A stretch of 64,000 nucleotides of DNA from assembly GCA_028826165.1 (NCBI GenBank), contig JAPDFW010000142.1, forward strand, positions 55,125 to 119,124, read 5' to 3'. The notes beneath the pieces are model-generated. The model ran no database searches. It saw only the letters and a program-made list of their open reading frames with translations, and had not been told where the DNA came from. Below, in pieces: positions 49,831 to 61,806 of the stretch. Within the stretch, counting starts at the first letter, position 1. Each line of letters begins with the position of its first letter. The position numbers and the translations under genes are program-made. The DNA comes from Anaeramoeba ignava BMAN (Eukaryota > Protista > Anaeramoebae).

Positions 49831-50046
49831 AAAGTGGAAATGGATTAGTTTTTGAAAAAGTGGATTTTTTTGGATTTTAACGAATCTATTTGTTTTTGAT
49901 TATTTTTTATTGTTTTTATTATATTTGGATCAATTAAAAAGCGTTATTGTAACAAAAAAAAAATTTTGAATAAAAATGGGCAAAAAAAAAAAATTTTAAA
50001 AATATCCATTTTTTTTTTCTTTTCAAAAAATTTTGTTTTTTTTAAA

Positions 50047-50730
50047 ATGTCAAGAGTTTCTAAAAAAAGAAAAGATCCAGTTCAACCCCAAACAGTAAGA
50101 GTAGTAACAGAAGTAGTAATCCCACAAATAGCCCAAATACCAGCAGTTGGAGCGACTCAAAAAAAAGCAAGAACAACAACAAAAGGAAGAACAACAGCAA
50201 AAGCAAAAAAAACAACAGCAAAAGCAAAAACTACAACAGCAAAAGCAAAAACAACAGCAAAAGCAAAAACTACTAAAGGAACAGTAACAAAAATTACGAA
50301 GGCAAAAACAAAACCTAAAAAACAAACAGCAGCAAAAAAAGCAAAACCAACAAATCAAAATTCTATCATCAGAAATATTGTTGGAAAAAAAATCATTGAA
50401 GCAGCTCTTATTCATACACCAGGAACAAAAATGAATTGTGACTTGATTCTTCAAGATCCAAACAATCAGGAGATTATAAATAAAAAAGATAAAACTTTTA
50501 TTGAAAAAGTGGATCAAGCAATTATTTCTTCAATGGAAACTGATACAGTCAAAATGGAAGTTAATGATGAACCTTCTGCTAAAAGAATTGAAACTATTGC
50601 AAGATGTGTTCATAAACTTCAATTAGGTGTTTATGGTTGGGGAAGAACTCTTGAAGATTGTATGGATTCTTTTTATTATGACGGAAAGAAAGTTGTTCAT
50701 AGATCTTATATTCCTTACACAAAAAAATAA
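50047..50730 (+). CDS. Hypothetical basic protein with Lys/Ala/Thr repeats (histone H1-tail-like) and a small C-terminal domain
   Basis: Probable start MSRVSKKRK at 50047; (K)TTAKAK repeats; codon usage like neighbouring genes. Confidence 0.65.
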   Translation: MSRVSKKRKDPVQPQTVRVVTEVVIPQIAQIPAVGATQKKARTTTKGRTTAKAKKTTAKAKTTTAKAKTTAKAKTTKGTVTKITKAKTKPKKQTAAKKAKPTNQNSIIRNIVGKKIIEAALIHTPGTKMNCDLILQDPNNQEIINKKDKTFIEKVDQAIISSMETDTVKMEVNDEPSAKRIETIARCVHKLQLGVYGWGRTLEDCMDSFYYDGKKVVHRSYIPYTKK

Positions 50731-50888
50731 GTAAAAAAAAAAAGCAAAAAACAAATTCGGAAAAATTTTTTTTTATTTTGAGGATTTTTTTGTTCCAAAT
50801 TTTTTTGGTTTTTCATTTTTCATTTTTTCATTTTTTTCATTTTTTTCTTTTCAAAAAAATTAAAAAATAAAAAAATTAAAAAAACAAA

Positions 50889-52807
50889 ATGAAAGAAATT
50901 TTATTTTTTGGTAAAAACACAAGACCAATAATTTTCAAAAATGAACCAAATCAAATAACAAAACCAATTCAATTTAAATTTGAAAATGAAAATGAAAATG
51001 AAAATGAAAATGAAAATGAAAATGAAAATGAAAAACAAATTAAAAAAATTTCATCAGGAAGATTTTCAATAATTTTCCTTTTTAAAAATGGAAAAGCAAT
51101 AAAATATTTAAATGAAAATTATTCAAATCAAAAATTTCAAAAATTCAAATTGAAGAAAATATTCAAAAAGTAACTGTTGGTGAAAGAAATGAAGCTATTT
51201 TAACAATAGAAGGAAATGTATTTGCTAAAGGAAAAGAGATTAATCAAGAAAATCCAAATGAATTTATCAATATTTCATCATTAATTGAAGATAAAAATGA
51301 TAGAGTAATTGAAGATATTGTTTCTGGAAATAATTCAATTTATTTATTAACTTCAAATCAAAATGCTTATGGAATTGGTTCAAATTAATATGGCCAACTT
51401 GGTTTTGATTCTACAACACTTCCAAAAACACAAAAACCAATTTTAATGATGAAAAATGTTTCTAAAATATTTTCAGGAATTTCTTCACATTCTGTTTTTC
51501 TTTTAAATTCAAATCAAGAATTATTTGTATCAGGAAATAATTTTTATAATCAAATTGGATTAGGAGAATCAAGACAATACAAAAATATCCAAAAATTAAC
51601 CAAAATCCAAAATATTCCAAAAGGTAAAATAATTGATATTAAATGTGGAAATTATCATTCAATAATGTTGATTGAAAATGAAGATGAAAATCCAAAAAGA
51701 AAACTTTATTCATGTGGAAATTATCACGATAATGGAATTGGCAAAAATGAAGATACTTATGAATTTACTGAAATCAAATCATCTTTATTTGAAAATGATG
51801 ATATTCTTGAAATTTCTGTTGGAAATAAACATACTTTGGTTTTAACTTCCAATTCAAAATTAATAGGATTTGGAGATAATAATTATGGTCAATTAGGAAC
51901 TGGAGATACAGAAAACCAAAAAATTCCAATTCAAATTAAACTTCCTAAATTAAGATTTAATGAAAATATTTCTAATTATCATATTTCTTGTGGATTTTAC
52001 AAATCATTTCTTTATTATTCTCCTCCTTCTTTTTCCAATCTTGAAGAAGATTTGATAAAATTATTTAAAAGAAAAGAATTTTGTGATATTTCATTTAAAA
52101 CAGAAAATGGAGAAATAATTGAAGCTCATAAATTAATATTGAAATATAGATTAAATCAAAATGAAAATCAAATTGAAAAACTTCAAGAAATTATTTCAAC
52201 AAAATCAATTAAAGAATCAAATCAAATATTTGAAATGATTTATTCAAATAGAATAATAAATCCAAAATTATATTCTGAAATTAAAGAAATTATAAATTCA
52301 AATGAAAAAATTGAAGAAACAATGAAAAGAATTTATTTAAATGAAAATGAAAAAGATTTTATAATTGAAAGAAAAGAAAAACAATATAAATTTCCAAAAT
52401 TAATATTAATAATGAGAAGTGAATTATATCGAGGAATGTTTTTATCTGTAACAAATGATACTTCTAATAAAGTTACAGATTATAGTGAATTAAGTAATAA
52501 ATCATTTCAAATATTTAAATATTGGATTTATTCAAATCAAATTAAAGAAGAAATTCAAATTACACAAGAAATAATTAATGAATTAGAAATTGGAATTGAT
52601 TATTTTCAATTAAATCAAACAAATCCAAATTTATTTGATTTAATAATCAAAATCAAAATTAAAATAAAAAGAATAAAAATAAATTTAATAAGACTTAATA
52701 ATAAAAATAATTTCCAAATTAAATTTAAAAACAAAAAGCAAATTCCACTTTTTTTAATAAAAATTTTTTTTTTAATTCTTCTTTTCATTTTTTTATTTTT
52801 TTTTTAA
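50889..52807 (+). pseudogene. RCC1-BTB paralogue (copy 3), disrupted
   Basis: Frameshift near 51140, in-frame TAA at 51386-51388 (paralogue has GAA in SNEYGQ) and loss of the normal 3' end. Confidence 0.75.
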
Positions 52808-52829
52808 ATTTAATAAAAAAAAAATTCAA

Positions 52830-55800
52830 ATGCAAACACCAGTTACATTAATTACAGTTAAAAAAGGAAAACCAAAACTTCAATACAAAGATTCAAATCA
52901 AGAAACAAAAGAAATTCAACAAGATTTTGAATCAAATGATGTTCACATTTATACCTTTATTTTTTCAGAAAAAGAACTTAATTACACATTTGATACAGAA
53001 AAAGAAAATGAAGATGAAGACCAATTCAAACAAATTAAGATTAAAGAATCAAAGATTATTTTTGATTTCGATGAAAAAGATTCAAAAAAATATGGAACAA
53101 GAGTTATTGATGCAGTTATTAATTATTCATCTCCAAGTGAAAAAAAAATAATAAAAGAAAAGCATTGGGAATTTTTCTTTGGATTTCTTAATCAATTCTC
53201 AAAAAAAGGATTTCAAACAAAACAAACTTCAAAAGTTACTTTCAAATCAAAACCAGAAAATATTGCCAAAATTCTTTTTGTTCTTGGATTAAGATACAGT
53301 AAATCAACTCTGAAGAAAATTTTCAACGAAAGTAAAAAAGATGATTTAATTGAATGCAATAAACAAATCATCCAATTTTATCAAACAAAAGAAAATCCTG
53401 ATGTTTTTAATATTCTCACTAATTTTCTTTCTGAATTCAACCAAAATTACAAAGAATCAAAAAAAATCGTTTTTTTTCCTCTTTTCATTACTTTCAAAAA
53501 GGAATTCACAAATCCAAAATATTCAACAAAAAGACCTTGAAATTCTCTTTTCTTTTTATGCAAAGTATCACTTCAAACTTTCTGAACTTTCAAAAGAAGT
53601 TTTAATCAAGATTTTCGGCAAATCATTAAATTTCGAAAACATAATTTGGTTCAATTTTATTAATGCAATTCAAAAAAAAGGATTGATGATAAATCTATTT
53701 TTAATTCCAAGTTTCCAGGATAATTTGAAAAATACAATTTTCCCTAATTTATTGGAATTTTTTCAATTTTGGATGAATTTTTACAATTTTATGAAAAGTA
53801 AAGAAACAAAAGAAACATATAAGGAAAACGAAAAAAGAAGTTATATTGAAAAATTGACTGATGTTATTGTTGGTTATTCTATTTTTAATCAACCCTGTTT
53901 GAAAAATGAAAAAAGAAGTTGTATTGAAAAATTATCTGATTTAGTTACAATTTTCAAAAATAAAAGTTATCATGAATACAGCAATAAACAAATCAAAAAC
54001 AACGATGAAAGATTACAATTTTTTGATAAATTAGATGAAAAAGCAAAAGAATTCTATTTGATGGATTTAGAAAATGATTTCAAAAATGTTTCAAAAAAAC
54101 AATTTTTAAGATTTCTTCCAATAAAAATCCAATTAGAAAGTTGGAGCGAATATTTATTGAATGAAAGAAAAAAATTAGAAGAAATTTCTTTTGATGAAAT
54201 TATCCAAAATAAAGAAGGTTTATCAAAAAGATGGATGAATATAATTATTCTATTTTTGCAATTCAATACTTCAAATCCTAAAAACAATTTATTATATCCA
54301 AAAAATCCAAATAAAAATGAAATTAATTTGGCTCATAATCTTAAAGAAAAATTGGAAAAATATCAAAAATATATCTACGATTATTTTACCAAATTACAAG
54401 ATCCAAAACAAGCTACAATGAATGATTTAAAGAATTTCCAACAAAATGAAAAGAAGTTCAAAAAATTATTTCCTTTCTTCCAAGAGAATTTGAAAAAAAA
54501 AATCCAAAAAAACAAAAAAATTTACTTAAAACTTATTGAGGAATTTTCTCCAATAAAAGATTTATTTCTCAAATTTGATGAAAAGAAGATTAATCAAAAA
54601 TTTCCAAATTGGGAAAAAATTGACACAATGGAAATTACAATCGATCAATTCCAAAAATTCATTAAAACATTAAAGGAAAGAAAAAGATACTTTGTTTAGC
54701 ATTATTTTATATTCTATAAGTTTTTTATATAAAGAAAAATTAACAAAAAATATTGAATCTAAAGGAAATGAAGATTTAAGTATTGATCAAATTTTAAGTA
54801 AAGTAAAAAGTGAATGGGAAAACTGGATAAAAGATTTAAACAATAATCCAAATTTAGAATATATAAACACTGAATTCCCAATAGCAAAAGAAGAATATCT
54901 TGATAAAGATTACAAAAATTTTAAAAAATATAACGAACAAAATCAATCTGAACAAAAAAAATTCATAACCAAAGAAACAAAAAACAAAATCCAGCAATTT
55001 TTTGAATTTAGGAAAATAATCAATAGAATTAATCCTTTAATTAAATTTTGTGAAATTTTTATTCAAAACAAAAATGATGAAGAATTATCAAATATTAAAA
55101 ATTTGAAACAAAATTGGCAACAAAATAAACTTTCTAAAATTACAAAATTAAAAAAAAAAATTGAAAAAACTTTGAAAGTTAATATTCAAATGCTTGATTT
55201 GATAAATGATTTATTTCCTAATCAAGATGAAAAAGATCAAACAATAATTAAATGGATAAAAGAACAATTAAAAGAAAAAACTATTGATAATTTAAAAAAA
55301 GAAATTCAAAAAATCAATATAATTAATGATGATGATTTAAATCAAACAAAGAAATCTTTAATTAATTTTATTGATATTTTCAATCCTTTCTTTACGGAAA
55401 AATTCCAAGATTTTAAATCAATAACAAAACAACTCTCAAAAATTCAAAGAGAAATGGAGGAAAAGATAAAAAAAACTAATTTCAAATTATTAGTCAAATA
55501 TTTCCCTTTATTAAAAGAACAAAATATTAAAGAATTATCAGATACTTTAAGTGATAAAATTGAAAAAATTTTCAAAAACGGATCCAAAATTATTTTTAGA
55601 CTTGAAGAACCAATTTTTCAATGCCAAATTAATGAAGAAAAAGAAATACTTAATTTTGAAGATTTCATAAGTATGTGGAGAGTTGCTTTAAACAAAAAGA
55701 ATAAAAGTCAAAATCGAGCATTTGATGAGAATCTAACTGAAGATAAAGAATTTCCATTATTAAGACAATTTGAAGTTCTTTTTGAAACAATTCAATCAAT

Positions 55801-58800
55801 TAATACATATTTAGAAAAGTTTATTTCAATAAAATATTATAAACAAATTCCAGGAATTAACAAAGAAATTGAAATCAAAGAAGATGATAATACTTATTCA
55901 GACAAAATGGAAGAATTGGAAAAAAATATCAACCAAGCTTTAAAAAATTGGGAAGAAGATAGTAAAAATATTTCAAAAGAGAAATTATCAGGAATTTTAT
56001 CAACAAATCAATTACTTTTAGTTTCAACTCCTTTATTAAATGTTCAAGAAAAAAACAAAGTGATTTATCCAATCTTAAAATTAATTTTTGGAAAAGAAAG
56101 ATCTGTTCACAAGAAATTTTAAACAATATTATTAGCCAACAAAACAATAATTGGATAAATTCTTCTACAGGATTTTTCAATTTAATCAAAAATCATTTTA
56201 CTTGGCCAATAATTAAGAATTCTTTAAAAAAATCAAAATAAAATCTAGAACAAAATTGAGCAATGAACTTAACAAACAAATTAACAAAAGGGATGGAAAC
56301 ATATCAAATCCAAAAATATTTATTAAAGAAGTGAAAACAGATTCATTTATTCACAATGAAGTTACCATGATTTATTATTTATATTCAAATTATTTGCCAC
56401 AAAGAGAACAAGTTCTTTTTTGTGATTCAAATACAACTGTGGGAGATGTGAAGAATTTTTTCTCAATTTATAAGTATTATAACGAACAATATTCTAATTT
56501 TAAAAAACAAAAACAAAAAGAAGAAGAAAAGGTTATTTTTTCTATTATAAATGCAACATTATTATCCCAAACAAGCCAAAGTGAAGTTATTTCTCAAATA
56601 AGATCAATTAATTTCATAACACATTTCCCATTAACTATTTTTGTTTTGGAAGGAGAACAAAATGCATTTTTAATGAGTCAATTACAAGAAGGAAAATTGA
56701 TTATTAATTTAGAAAATGATAAAATTCTCAATGAAATTATTAAAAAATCAACATTTTTCCAGCATTTCAAGGTTTTTTATTCACAAAATGAAGGAGATGG
56801 AAAAAGTTATCAAATTAGAAAATTTTGTAATTCTCAAAATGATAAAATTGATTATAAATATTATCTTATTCAACTTACAACAGGAGAAATACAAGAATTG
56901 ATTGTTGAATTGAATAAAATCCCAATAGAAAAGAAAAATGAAAATGAAGAATTATTTATTCATATTGAATTTCCAACTGAATGTTCATTACAAATGACAG
57001 ATTCTCTTTGGCAATTATCAATGTGGGGTTCTATTGAAGATAGACAAGCAAAAGATCCTTATAATATTTGTTGGACTTTACCTCCAAATGCAAAACTTTT
57101 TTTTGAAATTCCAAGTCAAAATAATATTTGGAAATATTTTTATCCACTTCAAAAATTTCAACCAAAAGAATGTTCATGTTCTGTAAATGAAATTAAATTC
57201 AAAATGTATGAAGTTGATGAAGATCAAAAAAAAATTCAAGAAATTGATGATAATGATTTGAAAAAAGTTGCAAATCTTCTTATTGAAACTCAAAATAACA
57301 CTTTATTCAATAATTTCCAAAATTTGGATAATTGGAAACAAAAATTATCAACACAAAATCCTGATCCAAACTCATTTTTCAATAAATCTCAATACATCAT
57401 ACAAATCATTTCAAATCAATTAAATCCTGATCACAATTTCCATAAATCTTTTAGATTATTTTATCAATTTTGGAATTCATTAAAAAAATTTATCAATTTA
57501 ATTCTTGATTGGGAAATTTCAGATGATGAAGATGATTATAACAATGATGATTCACAAAAAAAATCATTTATAAGAAGACAAGAAATTATTAGATGTTGGA
57601 TGTTTTCTGTTGCTAGATTAAATCTAATTTCCTTTTTTTCAAAACAAGAAGGTGTTTTTGATAATTTTTATTCATTCATTCTTAATTTACAATTTGAAAA
57701 TGGGAATCCAATTTCAATTTATAATCCAAATATTTTTGGTTCAGTTGGAGAAGTTGGGTTATTTATTAAAGATAATATTGGAGATTATAACTTCCTTGAG
57801 TTTGAAGCAAATTTATATTTATATTCTAATTCTAATTTGAGATTTGGAGATCCAATTTCAGATCATGTAAATGATCTCAAAACTGAATATAAAAAAATGT
57901 TGGATTTTTTTAGTTTTCTAACTTCAAATAAGCCTCAAGAAATTGAGAATAGTGATAACGAGAGTAGTGATGATGAGAATGATAATAATAATAATAAAGA
58001 AAATAACGAAAATGATACAAGAAAAGGAAAATATGTTCTTACATTTGATAATCTTTCCAAAATGATGTTCATTCAATTTAGAATGTTTACTGGATTTTCA
58101 TTAATTATAAGTGGAGAAACTGGATGTGGAAAAACTGCATTAATTGAATATTTATTTCGAGATATTTTAAATTATCAATTTAGTAAATTCAACTCAGAAG
58201 GAAATGAAAGAAAAGAAAAAGAAAAAGAAACAAATCATTTCATTACATTTAATGTAAATGGAGGAACAACAAAAGAAAAAATTAAGAAATTACTTGAAAA
58301 ATCTAAAAAAATTGGAAAACAAAATCAAGTTGTTTTATTTTTTGATGAATTGAATACTGCACCTAAATATTGTATTCCTATTTTCAAATATTTGTTTATT
58401 GATCGATTATTTGAAGGCAAAAAAATACCATCAAACATTAAATTTATTGCAGCAATTAATCCATATAGAGAAAGAAAATCAAAAGCAATTTCTGAAAATC
58501 AAAATAATGAAAATCAAAATAATGAAAATCAAAATAATGAAGATCAAAATAAAGAAGAAGAGGTTTGTGGATTACTTTTTGATTATGGAGATAAAAAGAA
58601 TAAAGAACAAGAAGAAATTAGAAATGCTGTTTATCCGAGTTCATAAAATTCCAAATTCATTAGAAAATAGTGTTCTTAGTTTTGAATCATTAAAATCAAA
58701 ACAAGAACAAGTATACATTTCCAAAATGGTTGATAATACTTTTTACTCAATTTTAAACAACAACGATAAAAAATTCAGAGAATATCAAGCAATTAGATCA

Positions 58801-61800
58801 TCATTCAAAGAATATATTTCCAAATCTCATAGTTATATTCGTAAAGATGGAGATTCAAATCAAACAAATGATGATTTCAAAAGGAATTTAGCAGCTTTAA
58901 TTTCACTTCGAGATGTTTCAAGAACACTTCGAGTATTTCAATGGCTTGTTGAATCTAAAGCTGGAAGATTTTTATTATCAGAAAAAGAAAAGGAAAAAGA
59001 AAAAAATCTTTTTCAGAAAGCAATTTACTTATCTTTATTTATTTGTTATGCAAGTCGACAAACAACAAACAAAGATCAATATTTTGAAGCAATTTTTGAA
59101 AGAAATGATAATTTATTTGGAAACTGCCAAAACGTAATTTATAATTCACAAAAAAAATTAATTGAATCATTAGATTATGATTTTTCAAAAAAAATGATTG
59201 CAAAAAACTTATATTTAAAAGAGAATTGTTTATTGATTTTTGTTTGTGTTTATGCACAAATTCCATTATTTATTATTGGAAAACCAGGTAAAATAACATA
59301 TTTTCTTCTTTTTTATAGAAATATATTAATTTAATTTTTATTCAATTTATTATTATAATCAAAAAAAGGAACATCAAAATCAATTTCTGTTGAAGTTATA
59401 ATGGAATCTTTGAAACCTCCTCATGAAATAAATAACTTTGCAAAAAAACTTGAACTTAGAACACTTAGAGAATCTTTCCTTCAATGTTCACCAATAACAA
59501 CAACTAAAGGAATTGAAGATGTTTTTAAAATTGCAAAATCAAAAACAAAGGAAAATGATTTAGGACTTGTTATTCTTGATGAAGTTGCACTTGCAGAATT
59601 AAGTCCAGATTTGCCATTAAAAGCACTTCATTCTCAACTTGAAGAATCAGAAAAAGAAATTTCAAGAATTAATCAAGATAACAAAAAAATTCAAGATATA
59701 ATTAAAGAAAATGGAGGAGTTTCAGTTGTTGCAATTTCTAATTGGGTTTTAGATCCAAGTAATACAAATCGAGGAATTCTTCTTAGAAGAGAATCCACAA
59801 CACAATTAGGCGCAACAGCTCAACAAATTTTATGCACAAAATCAGTTGGAATGAATTCAATGATTCCTGAAATATTTGCAAGTTATCTTACTAAAATTTA
59901 TGAGAAAATTGTGAAAGAACAAGGAAAAGATCCAAAAAGTAAATCAAGACCTTATTTTGGATTGAGAGATTTTTATTATTTCTTAAAAATGATTGGATAT
60001 TGCAATATTAAACATGGAATTTCATACAATAATCCTAGATTAATTTTAAATGCTTTATTAAGAAATTTCAATTCAAAACCTGATTTTATTGAAGAGTTAA
60101 TTCCCAAATTTCCAAAGAAAGTTCCTTTAATTACTGATAGAAAAATTACAACACGAGAACTAATTTACCAAAATATAAACAGAAGAATTTTTCAAGAATT
60201 TGGTTTTGAAGATAAAAATGATACTCCAAATTATTCTCGAAATATGATGATTTTGACTGATAAAATATGCAATTTATCATTTATTCTAAAAGAAATTGAA
60301 CAATTAAGTACTAAAACAGATTACAAATTATTTTTTGGATCAGATTTTGCTGAAAACAAAAAGCAATCTCGAATTATTCGTAATTTACAATCAATTGAAG
60401 ATTCAATTCGTAATGGAGAAATAGTAATCTTATTTAAGAATGAACAATTATATGAACCTTTATATGATTTATTAAATCAAAATTATTCAAAAGAAGGAGA
60501 TAATATTTATGCAAAAATTTCATTTGGAAATATTGTTTCCAAAATCAGAATTGATCCTAGATTTAGATTAATAGTAATTTCTGATAAATCAAGAGCTTAT
60601 AATATTGAATCACCAGCAATTTTGAATAGATTTGAAAAATATTTACTTATATCAGAAGAATTTATAATCAAAAATGAATTTATTCAATTTTATCAGAAAC
60701 AAAAAGAAATTATCCAAAACATTTGTAAATTTGCAGATATTACAGAAGAGAAATTATTAGTTTCATATCATCCTGATTTATTACCTTCTTTAGTAACAAA
60801 ACTTCAACAAATACTTTCTGAAAAAGAACAACAAGAAAAAGAATATTATTTAAGAGTTGAAGGAGTAAATATGTGGATGAGAATTTGCAATTACGAATCA
60901 ATTCTTTCAATTTATTTAAAAACAATCAAAAAAGATACAAACAAAAATACCAAAGAAATTTCATATTTGAAACATATTTGGCAAAGATATTTAAGTTTAT
61001 ATCACGATAGCTTGAATGATTTAATCCAAAAAACATTAATTCCAAAACAAATTCAATGTTCAGTTGTTCTTACTTCTTCATCAATTTCTCAAGAAATCAA
61101 ATCTGAACAAATTCAAAATTTTAAATTTAAAGAAATTGAACTTTCTAAAATTGAAAATGATACACAATTTGAAAAAGAAGTTAAAAAAAAACTTGGAATA
61201 GAACCAAAAATTAAGACAAATCCTTATAAAGATGATGAAAATTTTGTTTTGATAATTCGTTTCACTCCAATACCAATTTTTCCTGAAACAATATTCCATC
61301 AATCAAAATATATGATTGAAAATTTAATTAAAAAAGGAAAAGAACAAAAAAAAGATAAAAAAGAGAAAAAAGATGAAGAAATTAAGTGCAAGATAATTTT
61401 CATTGTTCATCTTCCATCAACTCAACAATCCAAAACTCAATTCCATTTTGCATTTGAAAAAAATTGGGAATATTTTTATATTGATGATATTTTACCATCT
61501 GAAATCAAATTTACAATCATTTCAGAATCAAAAGATTCAGATTTAAATTTTCTTGAAAATATTTTGGATAAAGAATGGGAAAAATTATTTGAACCAATTT
61601 TTAATTCTTCTATTCTTCAATTTATTAATCCTGAAAAAATCAAAGACACAAAACCATTCTTAGAAAAAATGAAAACTTTGAAAGATTTAATTTTCCCAAA
61701 ACTTAAATTTATGTTTGAAAAAGGAAAAAAAGAAAATATAAGTTTTTATCAGTGGATTATTCAAGAATTAACTTTCACAAAAATTAAGAATGCAACAAAG

Positions 61801-61806
61801 TTCTGA
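52830..61806 (+). CDS. RNF213/mysterin-like giant multi-AAA+ ATPase; several frameshifts as assembled, probably extends further right
   Basis: GETGCGKT, FFDELNT, FIAAINPYR, SLRDVSR, IPLFIIGKPG|TSKS (intron ~59288-59368), LQCSP, VILDEVALAELSPDLPLKALH, ISNWVLDPSNTNRG, FGLRDFY, FGSDF, LYDLLNQNY, LNRFEK: the ordered motif set of RNF213 AAA modules. Confidence 0.85.

Noticed and set aside
52830-61806. Intein or programmed frameshifting in the AAA+ gene
   Set aside because: No C/S…HN-C/S/T intein boundaries or LAGLIDADG motifs seen near the Walker motifs; the frameshifts are scattered and increase toward the end, as expected for sequence error.
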